DNA from: Macrostomum hystrix
Lineage: Eukaryota; Animalia; Platyhelminthes
Assembly: GCA_950097015.1 (NCBI GenBank)
Contig: CATNEN010000003.1
Coordinates: forward strand, 15,562,001 to 15,626,000
DNA: 64,000 nt
Direction: 5' to 3'
Position 1 is the first letter of the stretch. Each line of letters starts with the position of its first letter. The notes under the pieces were generated by a model. It worked only from the letters and a program-made list of their open reading frames with translations, did not search any database and was not told the DNA's origin. Position numbers and translations under genes: made by a program. Below, piece by piece: positions 12,895 through 25,780 of this stretch.

Positions 12895-13203
12895 TCATTT
12901 CAACCAAGAGCTACCCTCGGCAACAAATGCCACACTACCGTCAGAAGAATGCTTACTGAGAGCGTTCAAACACCTCGCCGCCTGCGACAGGGCCACCTCC
13001 AATGCCGGCCTAGCCGGCTGGCGACGCGATTCTAGAATAGCCGAATTCAAAGCCCTGGCCAATGGCTCCCGCTGGCCGCTGTCCAATAGGTGCGACATTG
13101 GCGATTGGGCGGGCCGTTCGTAGGCTAGCAGGCTGATTGCGTCAGCGAATGGGGCCTGGTCTAGGCTGTGCTTCACGCGCAGGCTGTGCAACTCGCGACC
13201 CAG
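12895..13203 (-). CDS. RANBP9: RANBP9/10 terminal CRA-domain exon
   Basis: LGREL...DAISLLAYERPAQSPMSHLLD...REPLARALNSAILE (CRA domain); cccag acceptor; TGA at 12895. Confidence 0.9.
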   Translation of the reverse strand: MGRELHSLRVKHSLDQAPFADAISLLAYERPAQSPMSHLLDSGQREPLARALNSAILESRRQPARPALEVALSQAARCLNALSKHSSDGSVAFVAEGSSWLK

Positions 13204-13264
13204 CTGGGGGATGGGGATTTTGGCTGATCTTTGTTCTGGTATCTGGTGTCCAACAATTATGGAC

Positions 13265-13650
13265 AGGATTATCTAGGGATTTTTTACTGGATTATCTAGG
13301 GATTTTTACTGGACTATCTTAGGATTTTTACAGGGTTATCTAGGGATTCTTACTGGATCATCTAGGGATTTTTACAGGATTATTTAGGGATTCTTAATGG
13401 ATTATCTAGGGATTTTTACTGCATTATCTAGGGATTTTTACTGGATTATCTTGGGATTTTTACTGGATTATCTAGGGATTTTTACTAGATTATCTAGGGA
13501 TTTTTACTGGATTATCTTGGGATTTTTACTGGATTATCTAGGGATTTTTACTAGATTATCTAGGGATTTTTTCTGGATTATCTAGGGATTTTTGACTGGA
13601 TCATTCAGGAATTTCTAATGGATTATCCATGACTTTTTACTAGGGGATTT
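13265..13650. repeat. Intronic 22-bp minisatellite (GGATTATCTAGGGATTTTTACT)
   Basis: Tandem array in RANBP9 intron. Confidence 0.9.
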
Positions 13651-13680
13651 TCACTCTACTATTTGTAACGCACGGTTTAC

Positions 13681-14151
13681 CTGAAAAATTCTATCGATAT
13701 CGTTGCTACAACCATCGACAACAGCGGTAGTAGCCCCATCATCGTCTCGCATTTCAACGTCGCCAGCACTGGTACCAGCTGATGCTGCTGAAGCGGCGGC
13801 GGCAGCGGCAGCCAGTTGAGGAATCGCCGAGCTGACATCCGTCCTAGCAACTAATTCAACGAATTGGCGACATTTTAATTGGAAGTGAAGCTTAGGATTG
13901 GCTGCCAACAGGCCCGGGTGGAGTTCCTCGGTGCGTCGAAGAGCCTCATCGAGGTCGCCCTTCAATAGCAGGCCTAGCAGGGCCTGGCGAGATCGGATAT
14001 CTTCGGCCGGTTCGGCTAGTTCAATGCGGGCGGATTTGGCCAACGCTTCAGCGGCGCCAGAATAGCCGTGATGAACTAGCAGGCCGCACACTAGGCCGTC
14101 GAGGGTTCGAATCCATTCGCCGTGTTTGTTGGTCACCGGATAGCGGGACAC
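13681..14151 (-). CDS. RANBP9: RANBP9/10 LisH/CTLH exon
   Basis: LVHHGYSGAAEALAK (LisH) and LHFQLKCRQFVELV (CTLH); phase-0 splice sites at both ends. Confidence 0.9.
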
Positions 14152-14239
14152 CTTTGGTGGGATAATTCGAAACTGAATAGGAACCCACTAGTTTATGAAT
14201 CCCAATTAGGAATCTTTTAAAGAAACTGTAACCATAATT

Positions 14240-14740
14240 CTCACAGATCCCACATTGAAATAATAGACAAGAACTTTTGTCCCATTCTCACATATCCCAC
14301 AATGGGATAATAGAGTGCAGGACTGTAGTCCCCATTCTCACAGATCCCACAATGGGATAATAGACCAGAATTGTAGTTCCTATTCTCACAGATCCCACAA
14401 TGGGATAATAGACCAGAATTGTAGTCCCCATTCTCACAGATCCCACAATGGGATTATAGACCAGAACTGTAGTCCCCATTCTCACAGATCCCACAATGGG
14501 ATAATAGACCAGAACTGTAGATCACATTCTCACAGATCCCACAATGGGATAATAGACCAGAACTGTAGATCACATTCTCACAGATCCCACAATGGGATAA
14601 TAGACCAGAACTGTAGTTCCCATTCTTACAGATCCCACAATGGGATAATAGACCAGAACTTTAGATCACATTCTCACAGATCCCACAATGGGATAATAGA
14701 CCAGAACTGTAGATCACATTCTCACAGATCCCACAATGGA
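14240..14740. repeat. Intronic 48-bp minisatellite
   Basis: CTCACAGATCCCACAATGGGATAATAGACCAGAACTGTAG... units. Confidence 0.92.
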
Positions 14741-14778
14741 GAAACTAGGCAGAGTCCATCTGAATTTAGTTGACTCAC

Positions 14779-15272
14779 CTGAGCTCTAACACGATCCCTA
14801 GTCTCTGTCAGGTAAGCGGGAAAGTCAAAAGCGAATTTTTCGGCGCCGAAATTGGCTTCAACAGTTTCGCCAGGACCTTGTAGTCCAACTACGGGATAGA
14901 AATGGGCGGACGGGGCAATGTCTGTAAACGGTCCCGTGCCTAAAAATAGGCCGTTCAGCGTGAAGAAGATGCATCTTTCGGCGAAGTTGATGCCGCAGCC
15001 AACAATATCGCCGGTGCCGAATTTCGGCCCGAATTCTACTCCGTTATTGTTGCTCATGAATGCGTTGCCATCGTCGCCATGGTAACCAAACGAGTCTTTC
15101 TCCCAGCCGGGTAAGCGATTGTTTTTAAAAGCCGCGCCGCGATTTAGGCCGATGCTGATGAAACCTTCGCGGCCCTTGTCGATAATGCGCACTTCGTAAT
15201 AATAGGCGCCGCATAGAGGTGGAATTGGGGCGTCTGCGCGAACTGTGCCAGCGTCCTTCGACTTGGCAGTGC
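14779..15272 (-). CDS. RANBP9: RANBP9/10 SPRY-domain exon
   Basis: KDAGTVRADAPIPPLCGAYYYEVRIIDKG...LPGWEKDSFGYHGDDG...FGTGDIVGCG...YPVVGLQGPGETVEANFG; canonical splice sites. Confidence 0.92.
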
Positions 15273-15565
15273 CTGAGAGTGTTTGTTTCAGATTTACTAG
15301 CTAGTTTAGGAAAAGTAATCATTAAGAAACATTTTTGTTATACTTATGATAATTATTGAAGGATGACATTCTTAACCGTACATCTGTACACCTTAATTGT
15401 AGTTTCCACAATAATATGTACACATTTACAGCTCTAATTTACTGATCAAATTGTAGTGCAAAGTCTGGATAGCAAATGAGTTAGATTAGTCAAATCATGT
15501 GTAGGCATCGGAGCGTATTGCCATAAATTTTTATACATGATGTATACAAATTAGGCAGGTTGTGG

Positions 15566-16205
15566 AGGTTGTAGCCTAGTGGGGTTGTAGCCTAGTAGAG
15601 GTTGTAGCCTAGTGGGGTTGTAGCCTAGTGGGGGGTTGTAGCCTAGTGGGGTTGTAGCCTAGTGGGGTTGTAGCCTAGTGGGGTTGTAGCCTAGTGGGGG
15701 GTTGTAGCCTAGTGGGGTTGTAGCCTAGTGGGGGTTGTAGCCTAGTGGGGTTGTAGCCTAGTGGGGTTGTAGCCTAGTGGGGGTTGTAGCCTAGTGGGGT
15801 TGTAGCCTAGTGGGGTTGTAGCCTAGTGGGGGTTATAGCCTAGTGGGGTTGTAGCCTAGTGGGGTTGTAGCCTAGTGGGGTTGTAGCCTAGTGGGGGTTG
15901 TAGCCTAGTGGGGTTGTAGCCTAGTGGGGTTGTAGCCTAGTAGAGGTTGTAGCCTAGTGGGGTTTTAGCCTAGTGGGGTTGTAGCCTAGTGGGGGTTGTA
16001 GCCTAGTGGGGTTGTAGCCTAGTGGGGTTGTAGCCTAGTAGAGGTTGTAGCCTAGTGGGGGTTGTAGCCTAGTGGGGGTTGTAGCCTAGTGGGGGTTGTA
16101 GCCTAGTGGGGTTGTAGCCTAGTGGGGGGTTGTAGCCTAGTGGGGTTGTAGCCTAGTGGGGGGTTGTAGCCTAGTGGGGTTGTAGCCTAGTGGGGGTTGT
16201 AGCCC
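15566..16205. repeat. Intronic 16-18-bp G-rich minisatellite (GGGGTTGTAGCCTAGT)
   Basis: Tandem array with variable G-run length. Confidence 0.95.
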
Positions 16206-17568
16206 TATAGGTTATAGGTTGTTTCTATAACCTGGAGTTTTTTGTCTACTTTTTTTACAGAAAGGCCAACTCAATCATAATAACTGACTAAGGAGATTCT
16301 AGACCAGATTCTGTTAGGTAAACACATGGCAGAGGGACTTTTTAAGCTATTGATAGGATAGAGCTCTTCAGCCTTGCCTAGTATATTATTAACACTTGGC
16401 TAGACAGCCTAGTAAATAATACTTGAGAAATCAGCATGTTACTCCAATTGATCAGCACAACAATGAATGCTAAGGCTAGCACCATTGACTAAAGCAGTGG
16501 GCAAAACACAATTTGCTAACACTGTATCCACTGATGCGCTGCTAGACAAGGAAGCTTAGCTTGCACAACTTCATGCATATACACAAAACTATAGTAATAA
16601 GTATAAAGCATGTACATTTAAATCACTGAACCCCTTTGTATTTAGTTGCTAATACCTTCATATCCCTCAGTTTAGCAGGCACGTGCAAATAGCCAATAGA
16701 AAGTGATTAGTTGAATTTTTAGCTTTTTTATTATTTTATACCAAAGTATTTCCATATACTTTGTGATTGCCTTGCTTTTATTTTGTGATACAGCTTTGTG
16801 TTTCTGTTGTTTTACAGTATAATTAACTACTTTTGTGGGTTGTAACTCTGCTATTGTCTGGTCCTAAGCTTAGAATATGAAAAGATGCTGTAGACTCTAA
16901 TTTGTTTAAAATGTTGTAGTTTATAGAGGGCTCAAATTTCACCTTTTAGAAAAATACATTCTTTTAAAAAGAAATCAAAACATTCATTTTTAGAGTTGTG
17001 TTAGGTACACTGTTTAGTGTAGGTTAGGTGCCTTTATGAAGTCAATTTCTGAGACGTAGAGAATGGATGAAAAATTGTATAAAGAGAAGATAACAAATTA
17101 TTTGACAATGTACAATATGATAAAGTCAAAATATAATAAAATCTCCAATATCATGTTCAGTAAATCATGGAATGGTCAAAGATAAAGAAATCTCTAGAAG
17201 CCCTTTTAGCAGTTAAATCTGAAAAAAACATCATCATCAAGTGCACGTAGAATAATTATTGTTTTTATTACATTATTTCTATTGTCAGGTGGCACAGTGT
17301 GCAACACAACAAATTTTAGGGGACAAATGTGTGCTGACTTTGCACTATCTGTGTACTGTTTCTTGTGTGTGCCACATGTGCCAACATTGCCAAGGACCAC
17401 CATGTGCACTAGATGTGCGCCACGGCCCACGTGGCACAAAAGACCATGATTGTGCCAGATGTGCCAAGGACCCCTGATGTGCACTGGAATTTTCCATGGC
17501 AGAGGCTATTTTCCTGACTATGACCTTATTCATTATAATTCATATAACTCATACATTAAAAAGCTCAC

Positions 17569-17766
17569 CTTGAAATTGTACTGTGAGATATCGATTGCTA
17601 AGGTGAAGATTTTTATCTCTCGAACTTTGGTGCCATCTCTTTGGTAATGAAGTTGACTTTTCTTCCACAAGTGGGTACAATGAAGATAAGTAATTCTGGT
17701 TACTAGGATCCATACCTGACTGGAATACTGGATCAGACGACAGCTGATTAAGAAATTGTACAAAAT
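17569..17766 (-). CDS. RANBP9: RANBP9/RANBP10 (RanBPM, CTLH complex) 5' coding exon
   Basis: LSSLYPLVEEKSTSLPKRW...LHLSNRYLTVQFQG resembles RANBP9 LKRLYPAVDEQETPLPRSW...LRVHYKG; phase-1 donor G|GTGAG joins the phase-1 acceptor at 15272; in-frame ATG at 17713. Confidence 0.8.
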
Positions 17767-18942
17767 CTAAACAATATAATAAAAGTTGTTGCTTGTTTGC
17801 AACTTTGTTTTGTTTCACAACTTAAATAGTTGTGAAACAACTTAAATGTTATTAATAACAAGAAGTAATAAATTCACAAATTATTCGTTCTCACGCCTTG
17901 CTGTGACTGAAGCAAGATAAAATAAAAGTAAATTTGGAAAATGTATTGAATGTCTCTCAATTTTTGTGCATACTAACAGTAATTTTAAGTCAGTTAATTA
18001 AAAAGATAAGTTAAATTCGTACTAAAACAGCTGATTTTATCTTGTCGTAAAACAAATTGCCTTTCATTTATAGTTACTTTTATAACGCGACTTCTAAATT
18101 ACTGACCCAGTTAAAGTTTTAAAACAATTTTAAAGCATCGATTATTTTTTTGCAAGGCATTGCAGAAAAAGTTCAAACGAAAGACATTCAAACGATAAAC
18201 TGCAGAATCTACGAGCTTCGAAGTCATGTTGTTTGTTTGGTTCACCCGGATCGTACATACTTTATTAATAAGTGGCAATTTATTCCGTGGAATTTATTAA
18301 ATAGCTTATTATATAATGTTAAATAACTTTTTTCTTACTGCTTTTCCAGGTCCTAAGCATGTATTTAGCTGAAACTTGTTTATTATGCTCTACTATGAGT
18401 CCCAGTCAAGATTATGTTATCTTATAAGTACTGCCCAGCCTGCCTAGGCTAGACCAAAGCCTAAGTAACTTCTAGCTACAGCTACTGGCTGATCAAGACT
18501 TAAAATCTATTTCGTAAGCAAAGCATACTAGTTCTAAGGGTACGAGTCCACTTTGGCGACAACTAGTTTGCCAAAGCCAACAAGTCAGTCACTTCGTTGA
18601 CAACCATTTTAGATTTTAGTGACTGTATTCTGTATATTTCCACACTAGCTAGTGGAAATCTTATGTATCTGCCAATCTATTTTAAGTGCATGCATGCACT
18701 TTTATAATTTTGTTCCTTTTTCCATTTCTATTTCTGTTACATACATTCCAACTATTTATTTTTTAATTTTTTTTCACTGACTATATGTACAAGTATTATT
18801 TTTCTTATCTGTGTTGTCTATTTTTGTATTTTTAATGGTGTACAGTAATGAAAATACCTAAATATTTATAAATTAAACAATAAGTTGCATAAGACAAAGA
18901 GTTTGAGGTAATGGATTTAACAGTGGCCTTGCATCTTAGTTT

Positions 18943-19607
18943 CATTTCTGAAAAGGCAGAGCTTATTCCCATGGTCCCGTGCCAATAATTTTATGCTTAT
19001 CCACATGGCAGCTTGTATGAATAGGTCAAAAACTCTTTATATAAATATGCCGTGCCGTTAATTTCAATTTTATCCACATGGTTACTGTTCTTTGAAATGA
19101 GGCCCTTTCAGGTTTGAACATTTTGTTGAACCCTCAAGCCAATAGATCTACAAAGTTGCCAGTGTGTTACGACAGTGTTGTACATTTCGACCTACACATT
19201 CATTAACCGAAATTAATGTCATCCTTTTTAATTATTTTTAATAACAACTCACTAAATCTTTGTCATCGTTACGTGTTTTCATTCGAATTGTATTGACTTA
19301 AAAAGTAAAAAGTCTATCAAAGAAAATCATACGAGTCAACCAGCAGAATTATAGTCAGCACCAAACTTGTCACACATATTATACATCATTGTTATTCTTT
19401 TACACTATGCATTGATAGTGTACACTATACACTATACTCTGAAGCAAAAGCCTAATGCTCAGAGAAGAATAGGTAGGGACTTGAAAGTAGACCTATTCAT
19501 ACAAGCTGCTGTGTGGATAAGCAGAAAATTAGTGGCACGGATCCGTGTGGATAAAATTGAAATTATTGGCACAGGACCGTGGGAATAAGCACTTCCTTCT
19601 GAAAATG
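18943..19607. mobile_element. Degenerate MITE-like inverted repeat
   Basis: Arms gcttattcccatggtcccgtgccaataattt...gcagcttgtatgaataggtc and gacctattcatacaagctgc...aaattattggcacaggaccgtgggaataagc. Confidence 0.6.
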
Positions 19608-21131
19608 TAATTATAAGTTATGAATTTAAAAAGTAAATTTTAATAAACAAAGTAAGCAATCAATTATCAAAGTCTTTTATTGAAACAGTATTTATAAAAT
19701 CTTTGGTACAAGTTAAAACTGTTGCCAGTTGTTTTATTTAACTTGTTTATCTGCTCAACAGGTAAAATGGAAGATCAGTTCATCTGTTAGCAAGTAGGGC
19801 TGAATTTAAAAAAAACTGGTGATAAAAATAATGCCCATTTGTTTGTTAGCCAGAATAGTGTTCACAATACCAGCTATTTTCTATGTTATTTGATCTGATT
19901 CGCATTGGAACATTAGACACAACCATAAGCAATATGTATTAGATTTTAATGTAACATTTCCAACATGTCACTTCACTTCAATCATAAGTTTAAATGAGTG
20001 ATGAAATTTTACTTAACTTGGCCATTAGGTAGGCTGCAGGGTCAGTGGGGTTGTGGGATAGGTGCTTGCTATGGAGACAATCACATTAATGATTTGATAT
20101 TATTGGCTAGAAACTTTGTCTGTGGTAGTCAAACTGCTTACAACTAGATAACCAGTTTGACTACTGAACAGACAAACAGATGGCAAACAAAGTCATTAGA
20201 AACCATTAAAACAAGCATTAAGTGCAGTTTGCCTACATAAGAGAGTTTGTGTTTCAGTTAAAAAAATCAAACACTAATATAACTTATGCTTATTTCAGCA
20301 CAAAATAATTCATCATTTGTCAAAGATACAAAAGTAAATGTATAAGGGATACAAGAGAGATATAGGCCTATTATCATGTTTTTTCTTTGTAAAGATTTTA
20401 ATTAGTATTTTAGAGAAATTTTAAAATCACTTTCAAAGCATCAGCTATATAAAATCAGTTCATCTTCTCTGTTTTAATTCACCACTTCACCTCACATCTT
20501 AATTTAAGTTTTTTGTGTATGATCTAAGGGTTATTTACCAATGCAAATTATTTTTGGCTTAGCGTAAATACTTATAGCAAAATAATTTCTGTTGCTGAAA
20601 CTGATATGGTAGTCACCAAGATTTAGTTTTCACCAAAGTGAACCATATTTCTTGAATGTTGAACAAGACAATGTCATTGAAGAAAATTACTTCTAATGCA
20701 CATTACTTTATAAAAAAATAATTAGGAAGAAATACAAATGTAGCTTAAAGAATATTGTGGCTAAATTTTGTATAAAATAAAACCCAAATCCATTTGTGTG
20801 ATGCTATTATAAGTATAAGTATAAGTATTATAAGTCATATATAGCTAGACAAAATACTTTCTTTTCAATGACATTCAGTCTCAATTCTGAAGACCTTACC
20901 CTACAGCTAAGATACAAATATTTATTTAAGTTAATTACAATTTTTACTAATTTTTGATTGTTGTATTTATTATAGTGTTTTTTTATCAAAATATTCCTAC
21001 ATTCTTATTTGTTTATTATTCTTATCATATGTTATGGAAATTAAGTGTGGCTAAGTATTAAAAATAAAAAAGTACTTAAAATATCGTTTTTACCTCTAAA
21101 CTAACCAGACATGTTAAAATTTATTTTGCAG

Positions 21132-21533
21132 GCTAAACCAAAGAATCCAAAACAAGTGGCTACTAAAGCTAAATCAAAGAATCCAAAATCAAATGGCACT
21201 ACTAAAAGTAGTTCTAGTAAAAAACGCCGGCATTGGAAACCACCACCAGCTGACAGAGGTGTTGATGAAGCTTTAGCAATGTCAGTGGATGCTAGATCCG
21301 CTGTTAAGCTATTGAAATCAACCGATAAGCCGCCTTCTAGGGCCACATTGCGCCTTGCCACGGCCTGTCTGATGCAGTGCGTGCGCCACGTCAATAAAGA
21401 GCCCAGAGCTTTCAACAGTATTGTTAGGGCCTGTCTGAAACATTGGGTGCGTGCGGCCAATGCTGTGCTTCAAAGAACCCAACAATCGACTGACGATCAA
21501 GAAAATCAACAATTGGCTAACGATGGACTGCAG
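21132..21533 (+). CDS. NOC2L: NOC2L (nucleolar complex protein 2 homolog) probable coding exon; 5' end not located
   Basis: ttttgcag acceptor; Lys-rich then helical region with AFNSIVRACL; phase-0 donor at 21534 compatible with the next exon. Confidence 0.7.
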
Positions 21534-21619
21534 GTTTGATAAACTAGATTTTTATAATAACTTAGTTTTGACCCTTTCCACCATTCTCTACCTTACCTAC
21601 TTTTATAATGTTTATCTTT

Positions 21620-22080
21620 GACCCTATCCTACCTTATTATCTTGATCACTGACCCAATCCTACCTTCATTATCTTTGATCACTGACCCTATCCTACCTTC
21701 ATTATCTTTGATCACTGACCCTATCCTACCTTCATTATCTTTGATCACTGACCCTATCCTACCTTCATTATCTTTGATCACTGACCCTATCCTACCTTCA
21801 TTATCTTTGATCACTGACCCTATCCTACCTTCATTATCTTTGATCACTGACCCTATCCTACCTTCATTATCTTGATCACTGACCCTATCCTACCTTCATT
21901 ATCTTTGATCACTGACCCTATCCTACCTTCATTATCTTTGATCACTGACCCTATCCTACCTTCATTATCTTTGATCACTGACCCTATCCTACCTTCATTA
22001 TCTTTGATCACTGACCCTATCCTACCTTCATTATCTTTGATCACTGACCCTATCCTACCTTCATTATCTTTGATCACTAG
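21620..22080. repeat. Intronic 33-bp minisatellite
   Basis: GACCCTATCCTACCTTCATTATCTTTGATCACT units in NOC2L intron. Confidence 0.95.
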
Positions 22081-22212
22081 CTTTTACCTTCATGGTCTCT
22101 GTAAGACTTTGACTCCACAATCTCATCACCTGTATTAAGTTATGCAAACGTTTAGTTTGACTTCTAAGAAAATTATTGTCCTAAAAATGATCGAATATCA
22201 AAAATCAAACAG

Positions 22213-22854
22213 GGCTATTGTTTAATGACCATTGTCGCACCGTCCCCGCAGGCTCCTTCGTCCTGTCCCAGATGGCTAAAGATTCGCGCCACCTGCAAGC
22301 AGTACCTTGGCTGCGTCCTGCTACTGCTAGACAGACTGCGTGATACGGAAGCGATACGAGCCATTGTCCAGCACTGCCTGCCTCTTTTGCCTTATTTTCT
22401 ATGCCTGCCGCAGACATTGAAGCCGCTGCTTCGCTCTCTAGTTCGACTCTGGTCAACTGGTCCGGCACCAATCACTGTGCTAACATTTCTCTGCTGTCAC
22501 CGCATTGTGAAACAGAGAAAACTGCTAGGTGAACAGGCTGCCAAATGGATGCTGACTGCTTATTTGCAAACCGCCAGGCTAGGAGACTCTGAACTGGCTG
22601 TTCTGCAGCAGAGAACTCTATGCGAAATGTTACTGTGCCAGCCTGCTCTAGCTTATCGGCTGGCCTTTGTACACCTCAGGCAGTGCGCCGCTGCTCTGGG
22701 CCGTGAAACTAATCAGCAGGCTGCAGTCGGTGCCAGCGGCAAGGGCAAGACTGCCGCTTCTGGCGCCGGCTCCCTGCTGCACAAGGCCCCACTCTATGCT
22801 GGTCTGTGGCTCTGGACTCGCTTGGTGTCCACCAGCGAGGAATTGACTAGCCTG
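22213..22854 (+). CDS. NOC2L: NOC2L coding exon
   Basis: RWLKIRATCKQYLG, LVRLWSTG and AYRLAFVHLRQCA match the NOC2 motifs (W..G; Y.HAF.YIRQLA). Confidence 0.85.
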
Positions 22855-22875
22855 GTGGGTTGCTGCGGTGTTTGA

Positions 22876-23340
22876 CTGCTCACCTGCTCTCATCACCTGC
22901 TCTCTTCACCTACTCTCATCACCTACTCTCATCATCTGCTCTCATCATCTGCTCTCATCACCTGCTCTCATCACCTGCTCTCATCACCTGCTCTCATCAC
23001 CTGCTCTCATCATCTGCTCTCATCACCTGCTCTCATCACCTGCTCTCATCACCTGCTCTCATCATCTGCTCTCATCACCTGCTCTCATCACCTGCTCTCA
23101 TCATCTGCTCTCATCACCTGCTCTCATCACCTGCTCTCATCACCTGCTCTCATCACCTACTCTCATCATCTGCTCTCATCACCTGCTCTCATCACCTGCT
23201 CTCATCACCTGCTCTCATCATCTGCTCTCATCACCTGCTCTCATCACCTGCTCTCATCACCTGCTCTCATCATATGCTCTCATCACCTGCTCTCATCACC
23301 TGCTCTCATCACCTGCTCTCATCATCTGCTCTCATCACCC
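22876..23340. repeat. Intronic 13-bp minisatellite (CTGCTCTCATCAC)
   Basis: Tandem array. Confidence 0.95.
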
Positions 23341-23377
23341 TGACTCCACAAACTATTGAACCCTCCCCAAAACGCAG

Positions 23378-23752
23378 GTGTATCCGCTGACGCAGATTCT
23401 GGAAGCATTGACAAGGACACTGGCGGCTGGTCGCCATCTTCCTCTCCGAGTCCATTGTCTGCGAATGCAGCTACATCTGTCTAGGCAAACTGGAGCTGCC
23501 ACTGCTCTGCTACCTGGCGCTCTAGCTCTCCTCGATCTCGCCGACTTCAACCGCGGTGTTGCTAGTCGAGCTCTGAGTCTGGAGGGGGTCACCAAGCTCA
23601 GCCAATCGCAGCTGCGGAGTCCAGCCTATCGCGCCGCTGTATCCGACGTGGCCTACGAACTCCTGGCTGGCTGGATTCGATCAGCCTGTCAGTTGGCTGC
23701 ATTTCCAGAGCTCTGCCTGCCGTTGACAAGGCGTCTCAAGCGATTGGCTAAG
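23378..23752 (+). CDS. NOC2L: NOC2L coding exon
   Basis: L|VYPLTQI...HLPLRVHC...AAFPELCLP match the NOC2 motifs LVYPLAQV, FYPLRMHC and FPEL.LP; GTAATT donor at 23753. Confidence 0.88.
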
Positions 23753-23899
23753 GTAATTTGTTTATTGGCTGATCTAGTGTGCTTTGATTGGCTAGGATTA
23801 AGTGGGCGCTGCTCTCTGATTGGCGGAAAATAGGTTGAAATTTTATTGTTACTTTAATATGGCTGAATATAAGTTTTCGAGCGTTCTGGTTAGCTGGAA

Positions 23900-24545
23900 A
23901 AATTGATGTTTCGGTATGTTCTGATTGGCTTGGACTGGATTTAATGTTTCGTTCTGTTCTAATTGGCTAGGACAGGATTTAATGGTTCGGTGTGTTCCAA
24001 TTGGCTGGGACTAGATTTGATGTTTCGGTATGTTCTGATTGCTATGACTGTATTTGATGTTCCGGTGTGTTCTTATTAGCTAGGACTGTATTTGATGTTC
24101 CGGTCTGTTCTGATTGGCTGGGACTGTATTTGATGTTCCGATGTGTTCTGATTAGCTAGGACTCTATTTGATGTTCCGGTCTGTTCTGATTGGCTGGGAC
24201 TGTATTTGATGTTCCGGTGTGTTCTGATTGGCTGGGACTGGATTTAATGTTCCGGTCTGTTCTGATTGGCTGGGACTGTATTTGATGTTCTGGTGTGTTC
24301 TGATTGGCTGGGACTGGATTTAATGTTCCGGTGTGTTCTGATTGGCTGGGACTGGATTTGATGTTCCGGTCTGTTCTGATTGGCTGGGACTGTAGTTGAT
24401 GTTCCGGTGTGTTCTGATTGGCTGGGACTGTATTTGATGTTCCGGTGTGTTCTGATTGGCTGGGACTGTATTTGATGTTTCGGTGTGTTCTGATTGGCTG
24501 GGACTGGATCTGATGTTTCGGTTAGTTCTGATTGGCTTGGACTAG
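23900..24545. repeat. Intronic ~38-bp minisatellite (CTGATTGGCTGGGACTGTATTTGATGTTCCGGTGTGTT)
   Basis: Tandem array. Confidence 0.92.
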
Positions 24546-24725
24546 GGATGTGTTTTTAAGTAGTCTAATTTAAGTTTAGAGTGAGCATATTTGGGCTTCA
24601 AAGTTTTTGATCGGCTGAGACTGGGTAGACGTTCTGATTGGCTAAGAATTTTAAGAATTATTTTTTTATTACTTACGGTACCAGCTTTGTTGTAAAACAG
24701 TTTTCCAATGAATTCCCACCATCAG

Positions 24726-25082
24726 GACTGTCGTTGCCGAGCTGTTTCTAAGCCAGCAGCCCAGCTGTTGCGTCTGACCCAGGAAGCAGCCGATTGGTCG
24801 TGCCAACAGAGAGCCAGCATTCGACCAATCGGAGGCGCCGGTCCGGTTGAATCCGACCGTCTGCCTGGCCGCAGTCCATTCGCAGCCTACTACCTACGCT
24901 ACAGGACTATGCGGCGAGCCGAGCTAGCCAGGGTTCGACCCGGCGAGGACGAGACTATCGATGGCGAGGAGGCGACAGAGGAGGAGCCGATGGAGGCCGA
25001 CGAAGAAGTTGAAGCCGAGTCCGAGCTGTCCGATTTACCGTCCACCGACGAGGAGGATGACGAAAATAACGGAAATGAATGA
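24726..25082 (+). CDS. NOC2L: NOC2L terminal coding exon with acidic tail
   Basis: Phase-0 acceptor at 24724-24725; DCRCRAVSKPAAQLL...SPFAAYY, then acidic tail ELSDLPSTDEEDD; TGA at 25082. Confidence 0.8.
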   Translation, partial: DCRCRAVSKPAAQLLRLTQEAADWSCQQRASIRPIGGAGPVESDRLPGRSPFAAYYLRYRTMRRAELARVRPGEDETIDGEEATEEEPMEADEEVEAESELSDLPSTDEEDDENNGNE

Positions 25083-25129
25083 TTTGATGGGGCGGAAACT
25101 TGTTACTAAGCCTCCTGACTGCCGAATTA

Positions 25130-25780
25130 CGGATTCACCAACTACCCAATTCACCAACTACCCAATTCACCAACTACCCAATTCACCAACTACCCAATTC
25201 ACCAACTACCCAATTCACCAACTACCCAATTCACCAACTACCCAATTCACCAACTACCCAATTCACCAACTACCCAATTCACCAACTACCCAATTCACCA
25301 ACTACCCAATTCACCAACTACCCAATTCACCAACTACCCAATTCACCGACTACCCAATTCACTGACTACCCAATTCACCAACTACCCAAATCACCAACTA
25401 CCCAATTCACTGACTATCCAATTCACTGAATACCCAATTCACCAACTACCCAATTCATCAACTACCCTATTCATCAACTACCCAATTCACTGACTACCCA
25501 ATTCACCAACTACCCAATTCACTGAATACCCAATTCACTGACTACCCAATTCACTGACTACCCAATTCACCAACTACCGAATTCACTGAATACCCAATTC
25601 ATCAACTACCGAATTCACTGACTACCCAATTCATAAACTACCCAATTCACTGAATACCCAATTCACTGACTACCCAATTCACTGACTACCCAATTCACTG
25701 ACTACCCAATTCACTGACTACCCAATTCACCAACTACCCAATTCACTGACTACCCAATTCACCAACTACCCAATTCACCA
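25130..25780. repeat. 16-bp satellite (ACTACCCAATTCACCA/TG)
   Basis: Tandem array; same family at 54444-54800 and 56079-56705. Confidence 0.95.

Noticed and set aside
17259-17533. Cys/His-rich small ORFs
   Set aside because: Arise from short gtgcca/tgtgc repeats inside a RANBP9 intron; no coherent domain.
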